Assembly (NCBI GenBank): GCA_036574205.1
Contig: JAINCQ010000014.1
Location: forward strand, 1,634-65,633
Reading direction: 5' to 3'
Source: Elusimicrobiota bacterium
GTDB lineage: Bacteria > Elusimicrobiota > Elusimicrobia > Elusimicrobiales > UBA9959
DNA length: 64,000 nt
Shown here: one piece after another, positions 55,046 through 64,000 of the stretch
How positions within the stretch are numbered: position 1 is the first letter of the stretch
Layout of the letters: each line of letters starts with the position of its first letter
Translations under genes and position numbers: made by a program
The notes under the pieces: generated by a model
Databases searched by the model: none
Seen by the model: the letters and a program-made list of their open reading frames with translations, nothing else
Told to the model about the DNA's origin: nothing

Positions 55046-56716
55046 TCAAGGATTTTTGCTGCTTACTTCCCCTGTTTTTTTAAAACCCCTTCCTATATAA
55101 TAGAGAACATCTCTGACTATTTTTTGAGATGAAAGTTTTGAAATATTTATAACTTTTGCTCCTAAATTGGATAGTTTCTGATTCTCCTCTTCGGTTTCAG
55201 CTATAAAAATAACTTTTGATTTTGGAAATATTGAACGAATATTCATAAGAAGCTGGTAGGTATCTGTCCCTTTAAGTATAAGATTTGACATTGGAGATAT
55301 TATTATCTTGGGATTAAGTTTTTCCAATCGTTTTATAGATTCATAATTTGAAAGGTCAACATATGTCCACTTTGCATCAAGTTGTGTAAGTATCTTTGAG
55401 TTTGCCGCATTAAAATCAGCCACTTCTATGGAAAGAGAAGGATTTTTCTCTTTTATCATTCTCACCAATTCATAGGTTATTCTATTATATCCAAGAATAA
55501 GTATATCATTTATATCATTGTAAGAAGAGAGGGATTCATCAAAATTCTGAAGATTAAACTTTTTAGCAAAGAATGAGTATATCTCATGATTATAGTTTAT
55601 TATATAGGTTGCTGCCACTGATGATAATATCATCGTTATCAATATAATAACTGAAACGTCATTTGAAATATGTTTATACCCCACTCCAAGAGCTGATATA
55701 ACAAGAGCGAACTCGCTTACAGGAAAAAGATTTAAGGCTGTTACAAAAAGCGGACGCATTCCTATTTTGAGTATTCTGTGGTAAAAAATTATTGATAAAA
55801 ATCTTGCCACCAATATAATAATCATAATTCCAAGCACTAAAAGAATATACCCACCCTTTATAGCCGGCATCTTTAATCCCAGAGACACAAAGAAAAGAGT
55901 GACAAAAAAATCCCTTACTGAAGAAATTCTTATGACTATCTCTTCGCTATAAGGAGAATTAGCAATTGACAGCCCTGCAATTAAAGCCCCCATTTCTTTT
56001 GAAAGCCCAAGGTAATTTGCTGCAACAGAGACAACAAAACAATATGCTATTGAGGTTATTATTACAAACTCCACATTTTTTGAGTTTGCATGAATAACTT
56101 TTGAAAGAAAATACCTTGAAAAATTAAAAGATAAAAAAAGCAATAATAAGGTATAAACAAAAGATTTAATAAATAAAGAATATTGTGGGCTTAAAAAATC
56201 CTTTTGAAAAGCCAGAAATATTATTGCAAAAAAATCCTGAAATATTGATATTCCTACAGTAAGTTTTGCAGCAATTGTTTGGGTCTCAAATTTATCATTG
56301 AGTATTTTTACAACTATCAATGTAGAGGTAAGATTAAAGCAAAAGCTTAGATATACCATTTCAAGGAAGGTAAAAGAATTCCCAACTAAAAAATTTAACA
56401 TTATATATGTTAAAATGCAACCAATCATAACCTGAGAAAGCGCAAGTATCAAAATATTTTTGCCGCTTGAAATCATCTCCTTGAGATTAATTTCAAGCCC
56501 GATTATAAAAAGCAAAAATATAAGCCCGATCTCAGATATAAGCTCAATACTTTCCATCTCTCCTATGACTGAAAAACCAATCCCCGGTCCAAGTATTATT
56601 CCAGCTATTATATAGCCTATCATAAGGGGTTGTTTTATAATTCTCATAAAAAAAGCCATAACTCCGCTTGCTATTATTGAAATCGCTATGGCTGTGAGAA
56701 AATTTTGTATGTGCAT
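55046..56716 (-). CDS. Cation:proton antiporter (CPA2/Kef-like) with a C-terminal TrkA-N-like domain
   Basis: About 12 TM helices (ISEIGLIFLLFIIGLE motif), followed by a soluble Rossmann-like ILILGYNRITYEL domain. Confidence 0.85.
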   Translation of the reverse strand: MHIQNFLTAIAISIIASGVMAFFMRIIKQPLMIGYIIAGIILGPGIGFSVIGEMESIELISEIGLIFLLFIIGLEINLKEMISSGKNILILALSQVMIGCILTYIMLNFLVGNSFTFLEMVYLSFCFNLTSTLIVVKILNDKFETQTIAAKLTVGISIFQDFFAIIFLAFQKDFLSPQYSLFIKSFVYTLLLLFLSFNFSRYFLSKVIHANSKNVEFVIITSIAYCFVVSVAANYLGLSKEMGALIAGLSIANSPYSEEIVIRISSVRDFFVTLFFVSLGLKMPAIKGGYILLVLGIMIIILVARFLSIIFYHRILKIGMRPLFVTALNLFPVSEFALVISALGVGYKHISNDVSVIILITMILSSVAATYIINYNHEIYSFFAKKFNLQNFDESLSSYNDINDILILGYNRITYELVRMIKEKNPSLSIEVADFNAANSKILTQLDAKWTYVDLSNYESIKRLEKLNPKIIISPMSNLILKGTDTYQLLMNIRSIFPKSKVIFIAETEEENQKLSNLGAKVINISKLSSQKIVRDVLYYIGRGFKKTGEVSSKNP

Positions 56717-56764
56717 AAGTAAATTATATCAAAATAAAAAAGTAACTAAATAACTAAAAGAAAC

Positions 56765-57394
56765 TTACCGGGATAAATTTTTTACAATATCAAGAAATCT
56801 TTTTTCATTTTTTATTTTGGAAAATACAGGATCTTTAAATGGATCAGGTAATTTTTCATTATTTATAAGTTTATCTCTGTTTTTAATAGCTAACTTAAGA
56901 TTTAAAATCGCTAATTCATAATTCCCCATTTTCGAATAGACGCGCGCTTTATTATAATAAAATGTCGGGTAATCCCTGAACTTTTCAAGCCCCATATCAA
57001 ATTTTAGAATAGCTGCTTTATAATCCCTCATTATAAAATAACTCATACCTAAATTATCTATGACAGAGATATGATGGTATCTGTCAAGCTTGTTTTCTTT
57101 TCTTTGCAACTCCAGAGTTTTTTCATAATAATTTATAGATTCTCTATAGTTTTTATTATAAAAAAAAGAATTTGCAAAGTTAAAATAGTCATATATAGTT
57201 AAATTATAAGGTGAAACTATCTTAATAGAATTTATTATTTTATTTAAAATCCAGCCGTCACCTTTTTTATAGAAAGTTTTAGAAATATGAACATCTATAC
57301 AATAATCATCAAAAAAAACATAAGCATTTGCCTGTTTGCTTATTTTTGACTTATCCTGTGGAGAAATCATCACATCACGCCAGACAACTTTCAT
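56765..57394 (-). CDS. TPR-repeat protein
   Basis: Repeats such as YRESINYYEKTLEL, YKAAILKFDMGLE and YYNKARVYSKMGNYELAILNLKLAI. Confidence 0.6.
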   Translation of the reverse strand: MKVVWRDVMISPQDKSKISKQANAYVFFDDYCIDVHISKTFYKKGDGWILNKIINSIKIVSPYNLTIYDYFNFANSFFYNKNYRESINYYEKTLELQRKENKLDRYHHISVIDNLGMSYFIMRDYKAAILKFDMGLEKFRDYPTFYYNKARVYSKMGNYELAILNLKLAIKNRDKLINNEKLPDPFKDPVFSKIKNEKRFLDIVKNLSR

Positions 57395-57403
57395 CGTTTT
57401 ATA

Positions 57404-57741
57404 TTAGCTTTCTAAAAGATTTAAATATTCTTCCGATTCTTTTATTTTTTGAAGATAATAATTATAGCAACCATTAGTATCCTTTATCATTTGAGATGGC
57501 TTTGGGGTTATAAAAACTCTCACATAAACAACATCTGATCCAATTTTTTTATATAACTCCATTATTCTTTTTTCTTTTTTTGGATCTATATAATCCTTTG
57601 TATATAAAAGATTATTTTCATACGCCCCTATATAAAAACTCCATCTTTTTTGAGGTAAAGGCGCATAATTTAAGAAAAGTTTCTCTGTTTCGTCTGATAA
57701 TGCGAGAGATTTAAAGATAAAAAAAAAAGGAAAAAAATCAT
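57404..57741 (-). pseudogene. Small secreted protein, frame broken in a T10 (plus-strand A10) run right after its start
   Basis: ATG 57741-57739 overlaps the purD stop (ATGA) and encodes MIFFLFF.. before a stop after 23 codons. An open frame with no start codon continues ...FIFKSLALSDETEKLFLNYAPLPQKRWSFYIG...EEYLNLLES* down to 57404. One extra T in the T10 run (57719-57728) would join the two. Confidence 0.4.
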
Positions 57742-58985
57742 ACTCCTATATCTTTTCTATAATGTATTCCTCTATAATTTATCTTGCTTATAGCTTTATA
57801 TGCCTTATCTCTGGCTTGGTTAATATCCTTTCCAAGAGCAACAATATTTAAAACCCTTCCCCCATTTGTAAAATACCTGTTTTCCTTTAACATAGTTCCA
57901 GCATGAAATACTATAACATCATTACATTCATCTAATCCACTTATTTCATCCCCTTTAACTGGATTTTGAGGATATCCCAAAGCACTAAGCACTACACAAA
58001 TTGATTTTCCTTTTTTTATTTTGAGCTTTTCTGTTTTAAGCTCTCCAACTGAAACCTGTTCAAAAATATCAAGTATATCATCTTCAATTAAAGGTAAAAT
58101 AGCCTGAGTTTCCGGGTCGCCAAATCTGACATTAAACTCAAGAACTTTTGGTCCAGAATTTGTAAGCATTAAACCAAAATAAATCACTCCACGATAATCT
58201 ATTTTTTCCTTCAGCTGAGCTTCCATAAACCGCCAGATAATTTCTTCTTCTATAGCGCAAATCTCATCTTTTGAAAGATCAATTGGTGCCACCGCCCCCA
58301 TTCCACCTGTATTTGGACCTTCGTTATTATCATTAAGCCTTTTATGATCACGCGAGATGGGAAGCATAAGATATCTCTTTCCATCTATAAAAGCAAGAAC
58401 AGAACATTCCCTTCCACTAAGATATTCTTCTATTATTATTTTCATCCCGGAACTACCGAAAATTCTTTTTTCCATAAAATCTTCTACTGCATTAACAGCC
58501 TCTTGAAGATTTGAACATATCCTCACTCCCTTTCCAGCACATAAACCATCAGCCTTTACAACAACTGGAAATCTGTCAATTTTATTCAAATACTCTTTAG
58601 CATAATTAGAATCATAAAAAATTTTAAAATCCGCAGTAGGTATATAATTTCTATACATAAACTCTTTTGCTACCTGCTTTGAAGACTCAAGCACAGCCCC
58701 TTTTAGTTTTGGACCAAAGACTTTGATATTTGCTGACAAAAGATAGTCAGCTATCCCCTTAGAAAGTGGATACTCAGGACCAACAACTACAAGATCTATT
58801 TTCTTATCCACACACAATTTCCTTATCCCATCAAAATCATCTATTTTTACATCAATATTTTCACTAAACGTTTTAAAAACTGAATTATCAGGCAGAGTAT
58901 ATAGCTTGTTTAACTTAGTGCTTTCTTTGATCTTCCAGCAAATAGCATGTTCTCTACCACCGCTGCCAATCACTAAAACATTCAT
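57738..58985 (-). CDS. purD: Phosphoribosylamine--glycine ligase
   Basis: MNVLVIGSGGREHA, an ATP-grasp core (VVVKADGLCAGKGV), and GPNTGGMGAV. Confidence 0.95.
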   Translation of the reverse strand: MNVLVIGSGGREHAICWKIKESTKLNKLYTLPDNSVFKTFSENIDVKIDDFDGIRKLCVDKKIDLVVVGPEYPLSKGIADYLLSANIKVFGPKLKGAVLESSKQVAKEFMYRNYIPTADFKIFYDSNYAKEYLNKIDRFPVVVKADGLCAGKGVRICSNLQEAVNAVEDFMEKRIFGSSGMKIIIEEYLSGRECSVLAFIDGKRYLMLPISRDHKRLNDNNEGPNTGGMGAVAPIDLSKDEICAIEEEIIWRFMEAQLKEKIDYRGVIYFGLMLTNSGPKVLEFNVRFGDPETQAILPLIEDDILDIFEQVSVGELKTEKLKIKKGKSICVVLSALGYPQNPVKGDEISGLDECNDVIVFHAGTMLKENRYFTNGGRVLNIVALGKDINQARDKAYKAISKINYRGIHYRKDIGV

Positions 58986-59000
58986 CCTGCCTCCTGAAAA

Positions 59001-60338
59001 TTATAGCACTGGATATTTCCTGTCAAAACAGGCTGTACAAAAATTTCTATCCCCTCTGCCACATGATTTTATTAAATTTTCAAGTTTGATATAATGAAGT
59101 TTATCAACCCCTATAAATTTTTCTATTTCATTTATTTCCATTCTGTTAGCTATAAGCTCCTGCTCAGTTGGAGTGTCTATTCCATAATAACAGGGACCTT
59201 TAATAGGTGGAGATGCAGAAAGAAAAATAACTTTTTTTGCTCCCGAATTTTTAAGTTTGGAAACTATCTTTTTTGAAGTAGTTCCACGAACAAGAGAATC
59301 GTCAATTAGAATTATCTTTTTGCCTTCTATATTATCTTTTATCGGAGCAAGTTTTAAGTCTGCAATAAACTCTCTTAAAGATTGCTGAGGAGCAAGAAAA
59401 GAGCGAGGGGCATAATGATTTTTCATAAAAACAGGGTAATATGGAATTTTTGATTCTTTTGAAAAACCAAGTGCATAGGCAGTTCCTGAATCTGGAACTC
59501 CGCTTACTATATCCGCATTAATCCCCTTTACTTCCCTTGCAAGATTTCTTCCAGTCTCATATCTTGCCATAAAAATACTCCTGCCAAGAACAAAAGAATC
59601 AGGACGAGCAAAATAAACCTGCTCAAATATACATCTGTAATATTTATTGATATGTTGAAAAACTATTTTATTAATTTCTGAATTTTTTGCTATAAAAATC
59701 TCACCTGGCATAACCTCGCAGTAGAAATCATACCCGGTAACATCAAAGGCACAGGTTTCTGAAGCAAAAGCAAAAGAATTACCCAATTTCCCTACAACAA
59801 GAGGCCTGAATCCCCATGGATCTCTTGCAGCTATTACCATATCCTTATAGAGAAAAACAAACGAATAAGCGCCTTTAAGCTCTTTAAGACTTTCAACAAG
59901 AGCATCTATAAAATTTGCGCGTTTAGATTTTGAAATAAGATGAGCTATTATCTCGCTATCCGTGGTTGTCTGAAATATAGCCCCTGATGATGAAAGCTTT
60001 GTTTTCAACTCTTTTGAATTAACTATATTACCATTATGGGCTACGGCAAATTCTCCAAACTTTGTATTAAAGAAAAGAGGTTGAGCATTTGTTATAGTTG
60101 AAGATCCTGTCGTTGAATATCTTACATGTCCTATAGCAGTAGTTCCAGATAATTCGTTTATAAGTTCCTTATCAAAAACTTCCTGAACAAGCCCCATCCC
60201 ATTATAATATTTATAACCATTTTTACCAAAACTTACTATACCGCAGGACTCCTGTCCTCTGTGTTGAAGTGAGTATAAAGCAACATAGGTAAGAAAAACT
60301 GAATTTTTATTGTTTGTTACTCCAAATATACCACACAT
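59001..60338 (-). CDS. purF: Amidophosphoribosyltransferase
   Basis: The N-terminal MCGIFG (Ntn Cys1), RGQES, the PRTase motif ILIDDSLVRGTT, and C-terminal Cys ligands (CTACFD). Confidence 0.95.
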   Translation of the reverse strand: MCGIFGVTNNKNSVFLTYVALYSLQHRGQESCGIVSFGKNGYKYYNGMGLVQEVFDKELINELSGTTAIGHVRYSTTGSSTITNAQPLFFNTKFGEFAVAHNGNIVNSKELKTKLSSSGAIFQTTTDSEIIAHLISKSKRANFIDALVESLKELKGAYSFVFLYKDMVIAARDPWGFRPLVVGKLGNSFAFASETCAFDVTGYDFYCEVMPGEIFIAKNSEINKIVFQHINKYYRCIFEQVYFARPDSFVLGRSIFMARYETGRNLAREVKGINADIVSGVPDSGTAYALGFSKESKIPYYPVFMKNHYAPRSFLAPQQSLREFIADLKLAPIKDNIEGKKIILIDDSLVRGTTSKKIVSKLKNSGAKKVIFLSASPPIKGPCYYGIDTPTEQELIANRMEINEIEKFIGVDKLHYIKLENLIKSCGRGDRNFCTACFDRKYPVL

Positions 60339-60341
60339 AAT

Positions 60342-61070
60342 CTATTTCACATATTCCACAGCATTTTTAAAAAACTCATATCCTATTGAAAACTGTCCAG
60401 TTTCTTTCCATGGCAGCTGAATTTTGAAGAAAGTTCTTTCCGGATGTGGCATAAGCCCAAAAAGATTTCCATTTTCATTAGTAAGACCAGCTATATCAGA
60501 AAAAGAACCATTAGGGTTATCAATATAAGATAAAGCGTTTAGGTTTTTAGACTTAATTTCCCGAATAGTTTTTTCATCAGCAATAAACTTTCCCTCCCCA
60601 TGGGCTACTGGAAGATAAAACTCACTTGATATCCCTTTAGTCCACAAACACGGGCTTTTGGGGTTTACCCTAACCCTGACCCATTTACAAACGAAATGCC
60701 CTACATCATTCAGATATAACGTGGCTGTTTGCTTTAAAGAAGAATGATAAGGCAGAAAACCAGTCTTAACAAGTACCTGAAACCCATTACATATACCAAT
60801 AACTGGTTTTTTTGATCTTATAAAATCATCAAAATCTTTTCTTAAACTTTTAATTCTAAGAGCAAATATTTTACCAGCTGATATATCATCCCCAAAAGAA
60901 AAACCCCCCGGCAAAGCCATAATATCATAGTCACAAAGTTTTTTCATACCAGTTATAAGTTCATTTATATGAACAAGCTCAGCATCTGCGCCTACCAGAT
61001 TAAAAGCATTTTTTGTTTCTATATCGCAGTTAGTTCCGCAAGCCCTTAAAATTATAACCTTAGGTTTCAT
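60342..61070 (-). CDS. purQ: Phosphoribosylformylglycinamidine synthase, glutaminase subunit PurQ
   Basis: The class I amidotransferase triad context (PGGFSFGDD, GICNGFQ, MPHPER). I prefer ATG 61070, which forms an ATGA overlap with the purL stop. Confidence 0.92.
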   Translation of the reverse strand: MKPKVIILRACGTNCDIETKNAFNLVGADAELVHINELITGMKKLCDYDIMALPGGFSFGDDISAGKIFALRIKSLRKDFDDFIRSKKPVIGICNGFQVLVKTGFLPYHSSLKQTATLYLNDVGHFVCKWVRVRVNPKSPCLWTKGISSEFYLPVAHGEGKFIADEKTIREIKSKNLNALSYIDNPNGSFSDIAGLTNENGNLFGLMPHPERTFFKIQLPWKETGQFSIGYEFFKNAVEYVK

Positions 61071-63478
61071 AATATATTTCGTTCCCACAATTTTTTAAAT
61101 TTATATATATCTTCGCTAAAAACTATATTTCCATTATTCCTTACAATAAAAGAAGGATTTTTAAGAGTATATCCAAGCTTTACATAACTTAAGTTTCCCA
61201 TAAGCTTTACAAATTCTTTCTCTTTATTTTTATCTACCTCCACAACTATCTTAGAGCCACATTCCCCAAAAAAAGTTTCCACATCTGAAATTTTAAATTT
61301 CTCTAAAATCTTATATATATTTACTTCAACTCCAATACCACCAAGACACATCTCAAAAACACAGGAAATAAATCCGCCGTCTGATACATCATGAGCGCTA
61401 TGAATAAGCCCTTTTTGCATAGCTGAAATTAGTCTTAAATATATCTTTTTGTTTTCTTTAAGATTTATTGGAGATATATAGTTATTTTCAGGTTCAAAAA
61501 GACGTTGATATACAGAACCACCAAGTCCTGGCAAGAATTTACCAATAACATATACGGGATTATCTGCCTTTTTAAAATCCTGAGTTACTATCTTTCTTAC
61601 ATCCTTAACAGGCGCTACTGCTGAGATTAAAAGTGTCACAGGGATCTTATAGTTTTTATTACCTATAACAGTCTGATTATAAAAACTATCTTTTCCAGAA
61701 ATGAAAGGGAGTTCCATTAAAATAGCAGCTTCTTTTGCTCCAATAGCCGACGCTGTAAAATCTCCCATCACTTCTTCTATATTAGGATTTGCCGAACAAA
61801 AATTATCAAGTATTGCACCATGCGTTATATCAGCTCCAACACAAACAAGGTTTCTTACAGCTTCATCAACCGCATAAAAGGACATATCATAAGGCGATAT
61901 TTTAGAAAAAGATGGCGCTATCCCGCAGGAAACAGCAAAACCCCTATAAGAATTAAAATCATTTATTACATTAGCAGGCCATATAACAGTAGCGTCTGAT
62001 GGTACAGACTGCGTCAAAGAACAAAAAGATTTTAAAACAGTTTGTCCCATAACTTCATGATCATATTGTTCTACCACCCATTTCCTTGAACAAACATTTA
62101 AATCAGAAATAACCTTTTTAAATCTATATGAAAAATCTGAATATTCAATCCTTCTAAAGTTATTTACCATTTTTCTTTCTTTGTAAACGGCCCTTTTTGG
62201 GATTTTAGGAAGGCCAGCATGTAAAAAATCCATATCCAATTCAGCAATACTCTGGTTTTTATAGTAAACCTTGAGTTTTTTATCATTTGTAAATCTTCCT
62301 ATTATATAATATTGGCATTCTTCAATTTTACAAATTTCAATAAGCGTCTCTACCTTTTCCTCTGGTACCGCAAGTACCATTCTTTCCTGAGATTCACTTA
62401 GCCATATCTCCCATGGCTGAATGTTTTTATCTTTAAGTATAACATTCTCAAGCCTTACTTCAGCTCCGCAATTTGAAGCAAGTTCTCCAACAGCTGAAGA
62501 AAATCCTCCTGCTCCACAATCAGTTACTGCATTATAAAGCCCTAAATCTCTTGCTTTTAGTAAGACATCAAGCAATTTTTTTTCATTTATAGCATGACCT
62601 ATTTGAACATGAGAAGAAGAAGTCTTTTCATCTATATCAGAAGATGAAAAGGTCGCTCCGCCTATTCCATCTCTTCCAGTAGCGCCACCTAAAACAAATA
62701 TGAGATTTCCTGGCAAAACTTTTTTATTTATCTTATCTTTAGGTATAATCCCCGTGCATCCCACATAAACCAATGGATTATAAAGATAATCATCATCAAA
62801 AAAAATGCTTCCAGATGCGGTAGGAATACCCATTTTATTACCATAATCCCTTACCCCTTTAACAACCCCGGAGATTATTTTATGTGGGGTAAGAAATCCT
62901 TTTGACAACCCATAGGTTTTATCAGGGAATGCGAAACAGAAAACATCTGTATTTAAAACTGGTTTAGCTCCAAGCCCAACTCCAAGTATATCCCTTATAA
63001 CCCCTCCAACCCCAGTTTCAGCCCCGCCATAAGGCTCAAGAGCGCACGGATGATTATGGGTTTCAACCTTAAAACAAATACCCCATTTAGATTTTTCATC
63101 AAGCTCTATTATTCCGGCATTATCCTTAAAAACACTAAGACAATATTTTTTATTAAGTTTTTTAGTAGCATAAACGATAGTTTGCTTAAAAAGATTTTCT
63201 ATCTTTTCCTTCTTCTTGATTTTCCCATTACAATCCTTCCATAAAAACTCAACCGGACCTGAAAAGGTTTTATGCTTACAATGCTCTGACCAGGTTTGCG
63301 CGATAGTCTCTATTTCACATCTGGTAGGATTTCTTTTCAATTTAGAAAAATATTCCTTAATCATTAAAAGCTCATTATTATTTAAAGACCAACCATAAAT
63401 TTGATTAAGTCTGGTTATTTCACTAATTCCAGTATTTATAAAATCAATTTCATCTTTAATTTTGCTATTTAATTCCAT
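61067..63478 (-). CDS. purL: Phosphoribosylformylglycinamidine synthase subunit PurL
   Basis: 803 aa with ETHNHPCALEPYGGAETGVGG, DCGAGG and a duplicated AIR-synthase-like fold (SESQERM). Confidence 0.95.
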   Translation of the reverse strand: MELNSKIKDEIDFINTGISEITRLNQIYGWSLNNNELLMIKEYFSKLKRNPTRCEIETIAQTWSEHCKHKTFSGPVEFLWKDCNGKIKKKEKIENLFKQTIVYATKKLNKKYCLSVFKDNAGIIELDEKSKWGICFKVETHNHPCALEPYGGAETGVGGVIRDILGVGLGAKPVLNTDVFCFAFPDKTYGLSKGFLTPHKIISGVVKGVRDYGNKMGIPTASGSIFFDDDYLYNPLVYVGCTGIIPKDKINKKVLPGNLIFVLGGATGRDGIGGATFSSSDIDEKTSSSHVQIGHAINEKKLLDVLLKARDLGLYNAVTDCGAGGFSSAVGELASNCGAEVRLENVILKDKNIQPWEIWLSESQERMVLAVPEEKVETLIEICKIEECQYYIIGRFTNDKKLKVYYKNQSIAELDMDFLHAGLPKIPKRAVYKERKMVNNFRRIEYSDFSYRFKKVISDLNVCSRKWVVEQYDHEVMGQTVLKSFCSLTQSVPSDATVIWPANVINDFNSYRGFAVSCGIAPSFSKISPYDMSFYAVDEAVRNLVCVGADITHGAILDNFCSANPNIEEVMGDFTASAIGAKEAAILMELPFISGKDSFYNQTVIGNKNYKIPVTLLISAVAPVKDVRKIVTQDFKKADNPVYVIGKFLPGLGGSVYQRLFEPENNYISPINLKENKKIYLRLISAMQKGLIHSAHDVSDGGFISCVFEMCLGGIGVEVNIYKILEKFKISDVETFFGECGSKIVVEVDKNKEKEFVKLMGNLSYVKLGYTLKNPSFIVRNNGNIVFSEDIYKFKKLWERNIL

Positions 63479-63513
63479 AAAAATATTTTACTTTTTTAAA
63501 AGCAAGTTATATT

Positions 63514-63972
63514 TTAATCCTTCTTCAATCTTAGTCTTATATCATTAATCAATTCATTTGCAAAGTTTTCATATATAAATTCTTTTAAAATGTTTTTATC
63601 TGCTTTTAAGGAAAAATAGTAACATCTAGCGCTTTGAGCATCATCAGGCATTCTCATTCCATAAACACCTATTATATTTTTCACACTTTCTCCAACAACA
63701 TCTGTAACTCCTTTTTTAAACCATACTTCAATAGAAACATTGAAATTAAAAGGTCTTGGAGTTTTTTCTCCAAGGATATAATACTCAACTACAGGATCAA
63801 CAAGAATATCCTCTGCTATCTTTTTAAAATACTCTTCTTTTTCCTCTGCTTTTATATCATATATCTTTGAAAATTTAATATTTCCCTTTATCTGAGAAAA
63901 AGAAAAAAATGATTCAGAAATATTCTTACTTTCCCTATCGAACTCATCTTTCGTAAATACTTCTATCCTCAT
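63514..63972 (-). CDS. PurS-like protein, about twice the usual PurS length
   Basis: It lies directly upstream of purL. Two segments contain PurS-like elements (ILVDPVVEYYIL and FANELINDIRL). The 152-aa length suggests a tandem or extended PurS fold. Confidence 0.5.
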   Translation of the reverse strand: MRIEVFTKDEFDRESKNISESFFSFSQIKGNIKFSKIYDIKAEEKEEYFKKIAEDILVDPVVEYYILGEKTPRPFNFNVSIEVWFKKGVTDVVGESVKNIIGVYGMRMPDDAQSARCYYFSLKADKNILKEFIYENFANELINDIRLRLKKD

Positions 63973-64000
63973 ATCCTCTCCACCTCGGACTGACCGGGGC

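Noticed and set aside
63973-64000. The GC-rich window edge as the start of a tRNA or another RNA gene.
   Set aside because: Only 28 nt are visible. No cloverleaf elements can be assessed, so it is recorded only as a possible structured leader.
1-64000. Search for CRISPR arrays, IS elements, integrases, prophage or toxin-antitoxin/defence modules.
   Set aside because: I noticed no regularly spaced direct repeats, no transposase/integrase/recombinase-like ORFs and no terminal inverted repeats. The intergenic spacers are short, with the largest about 370 nt.

Overview
This is a visibly AT-rich bacterial chromosomal window using the standard genetic code; TGA, TAA and TAG all terminate clear genes. 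It is densely coding, and most genes lie on the minus strand. I saw no rRNA, tRNA, CRISPR array, transposase or integrase.

Most of the content is housekeeping:
- An hrcA-grpE-dnaK-dnaJ-rsmE-methylthiotransferase heat-shock operon, with a textbook sigma-70 promoter and a CIRCE operator.
- alaS, zapA-like, rarA, tlyA, tilS, recG, tdk, mnmA, ddl, rlmI, PolX, sppA, and a purS-like-purL-purQ-purF-purD block.
- pal-cpoB-tolB, which marks the organism as diderm.

Five regions look less ordinary:
1. A seven-gene minus-strand string at 15896->5953. Its first four genes are chained by ATGA overlaps: a YejM-like protein, a radical SAM/SPASM enzyme, a SAM methyltransferase and a small two-Cys lipoprotein. 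An outer-membrane beta-barrel and two unknown secreted proteins that share a paralogous module follow. This could be a protein or peptide maturation and envelope system.
2. A three-gene pilin-like operon at 47274->42808. Its first product is an 840-aa protein with a canonical prepilin N-terminus fused to a lamin-tail-like domain and four carboxypeptidase-regulatory-like domains. No assembly machinery is nearby.
3. An operon combining a PP-loop ATPase, a YgeW-like (non-ornithine) carbamoyltransferase, a long carbamate kinase and a ThrC-like PLP enzyme.
4. An ECF sigma / anti-sigma / Met-Gly-Pro-rich periplasmic protein module, convergent with a subtilisin.
5. A membrane-anchored protein with STI1/ubiquilin-like NP-repeats.

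Four genes are interrupted. Three breaks sit at or near homopolymer runs: the OM barrel, a second radical SAM gene at an A8 run, and a small secreted protein at an A10 run. The fourth is an in-frame TAG at a conserved Trp position in the subtilisin. Sequence alone cannot tell whether these are assembly errors, genome erosion or slipped-strand switches.

All functional calls come from reading motifs by eye. No database search was run.
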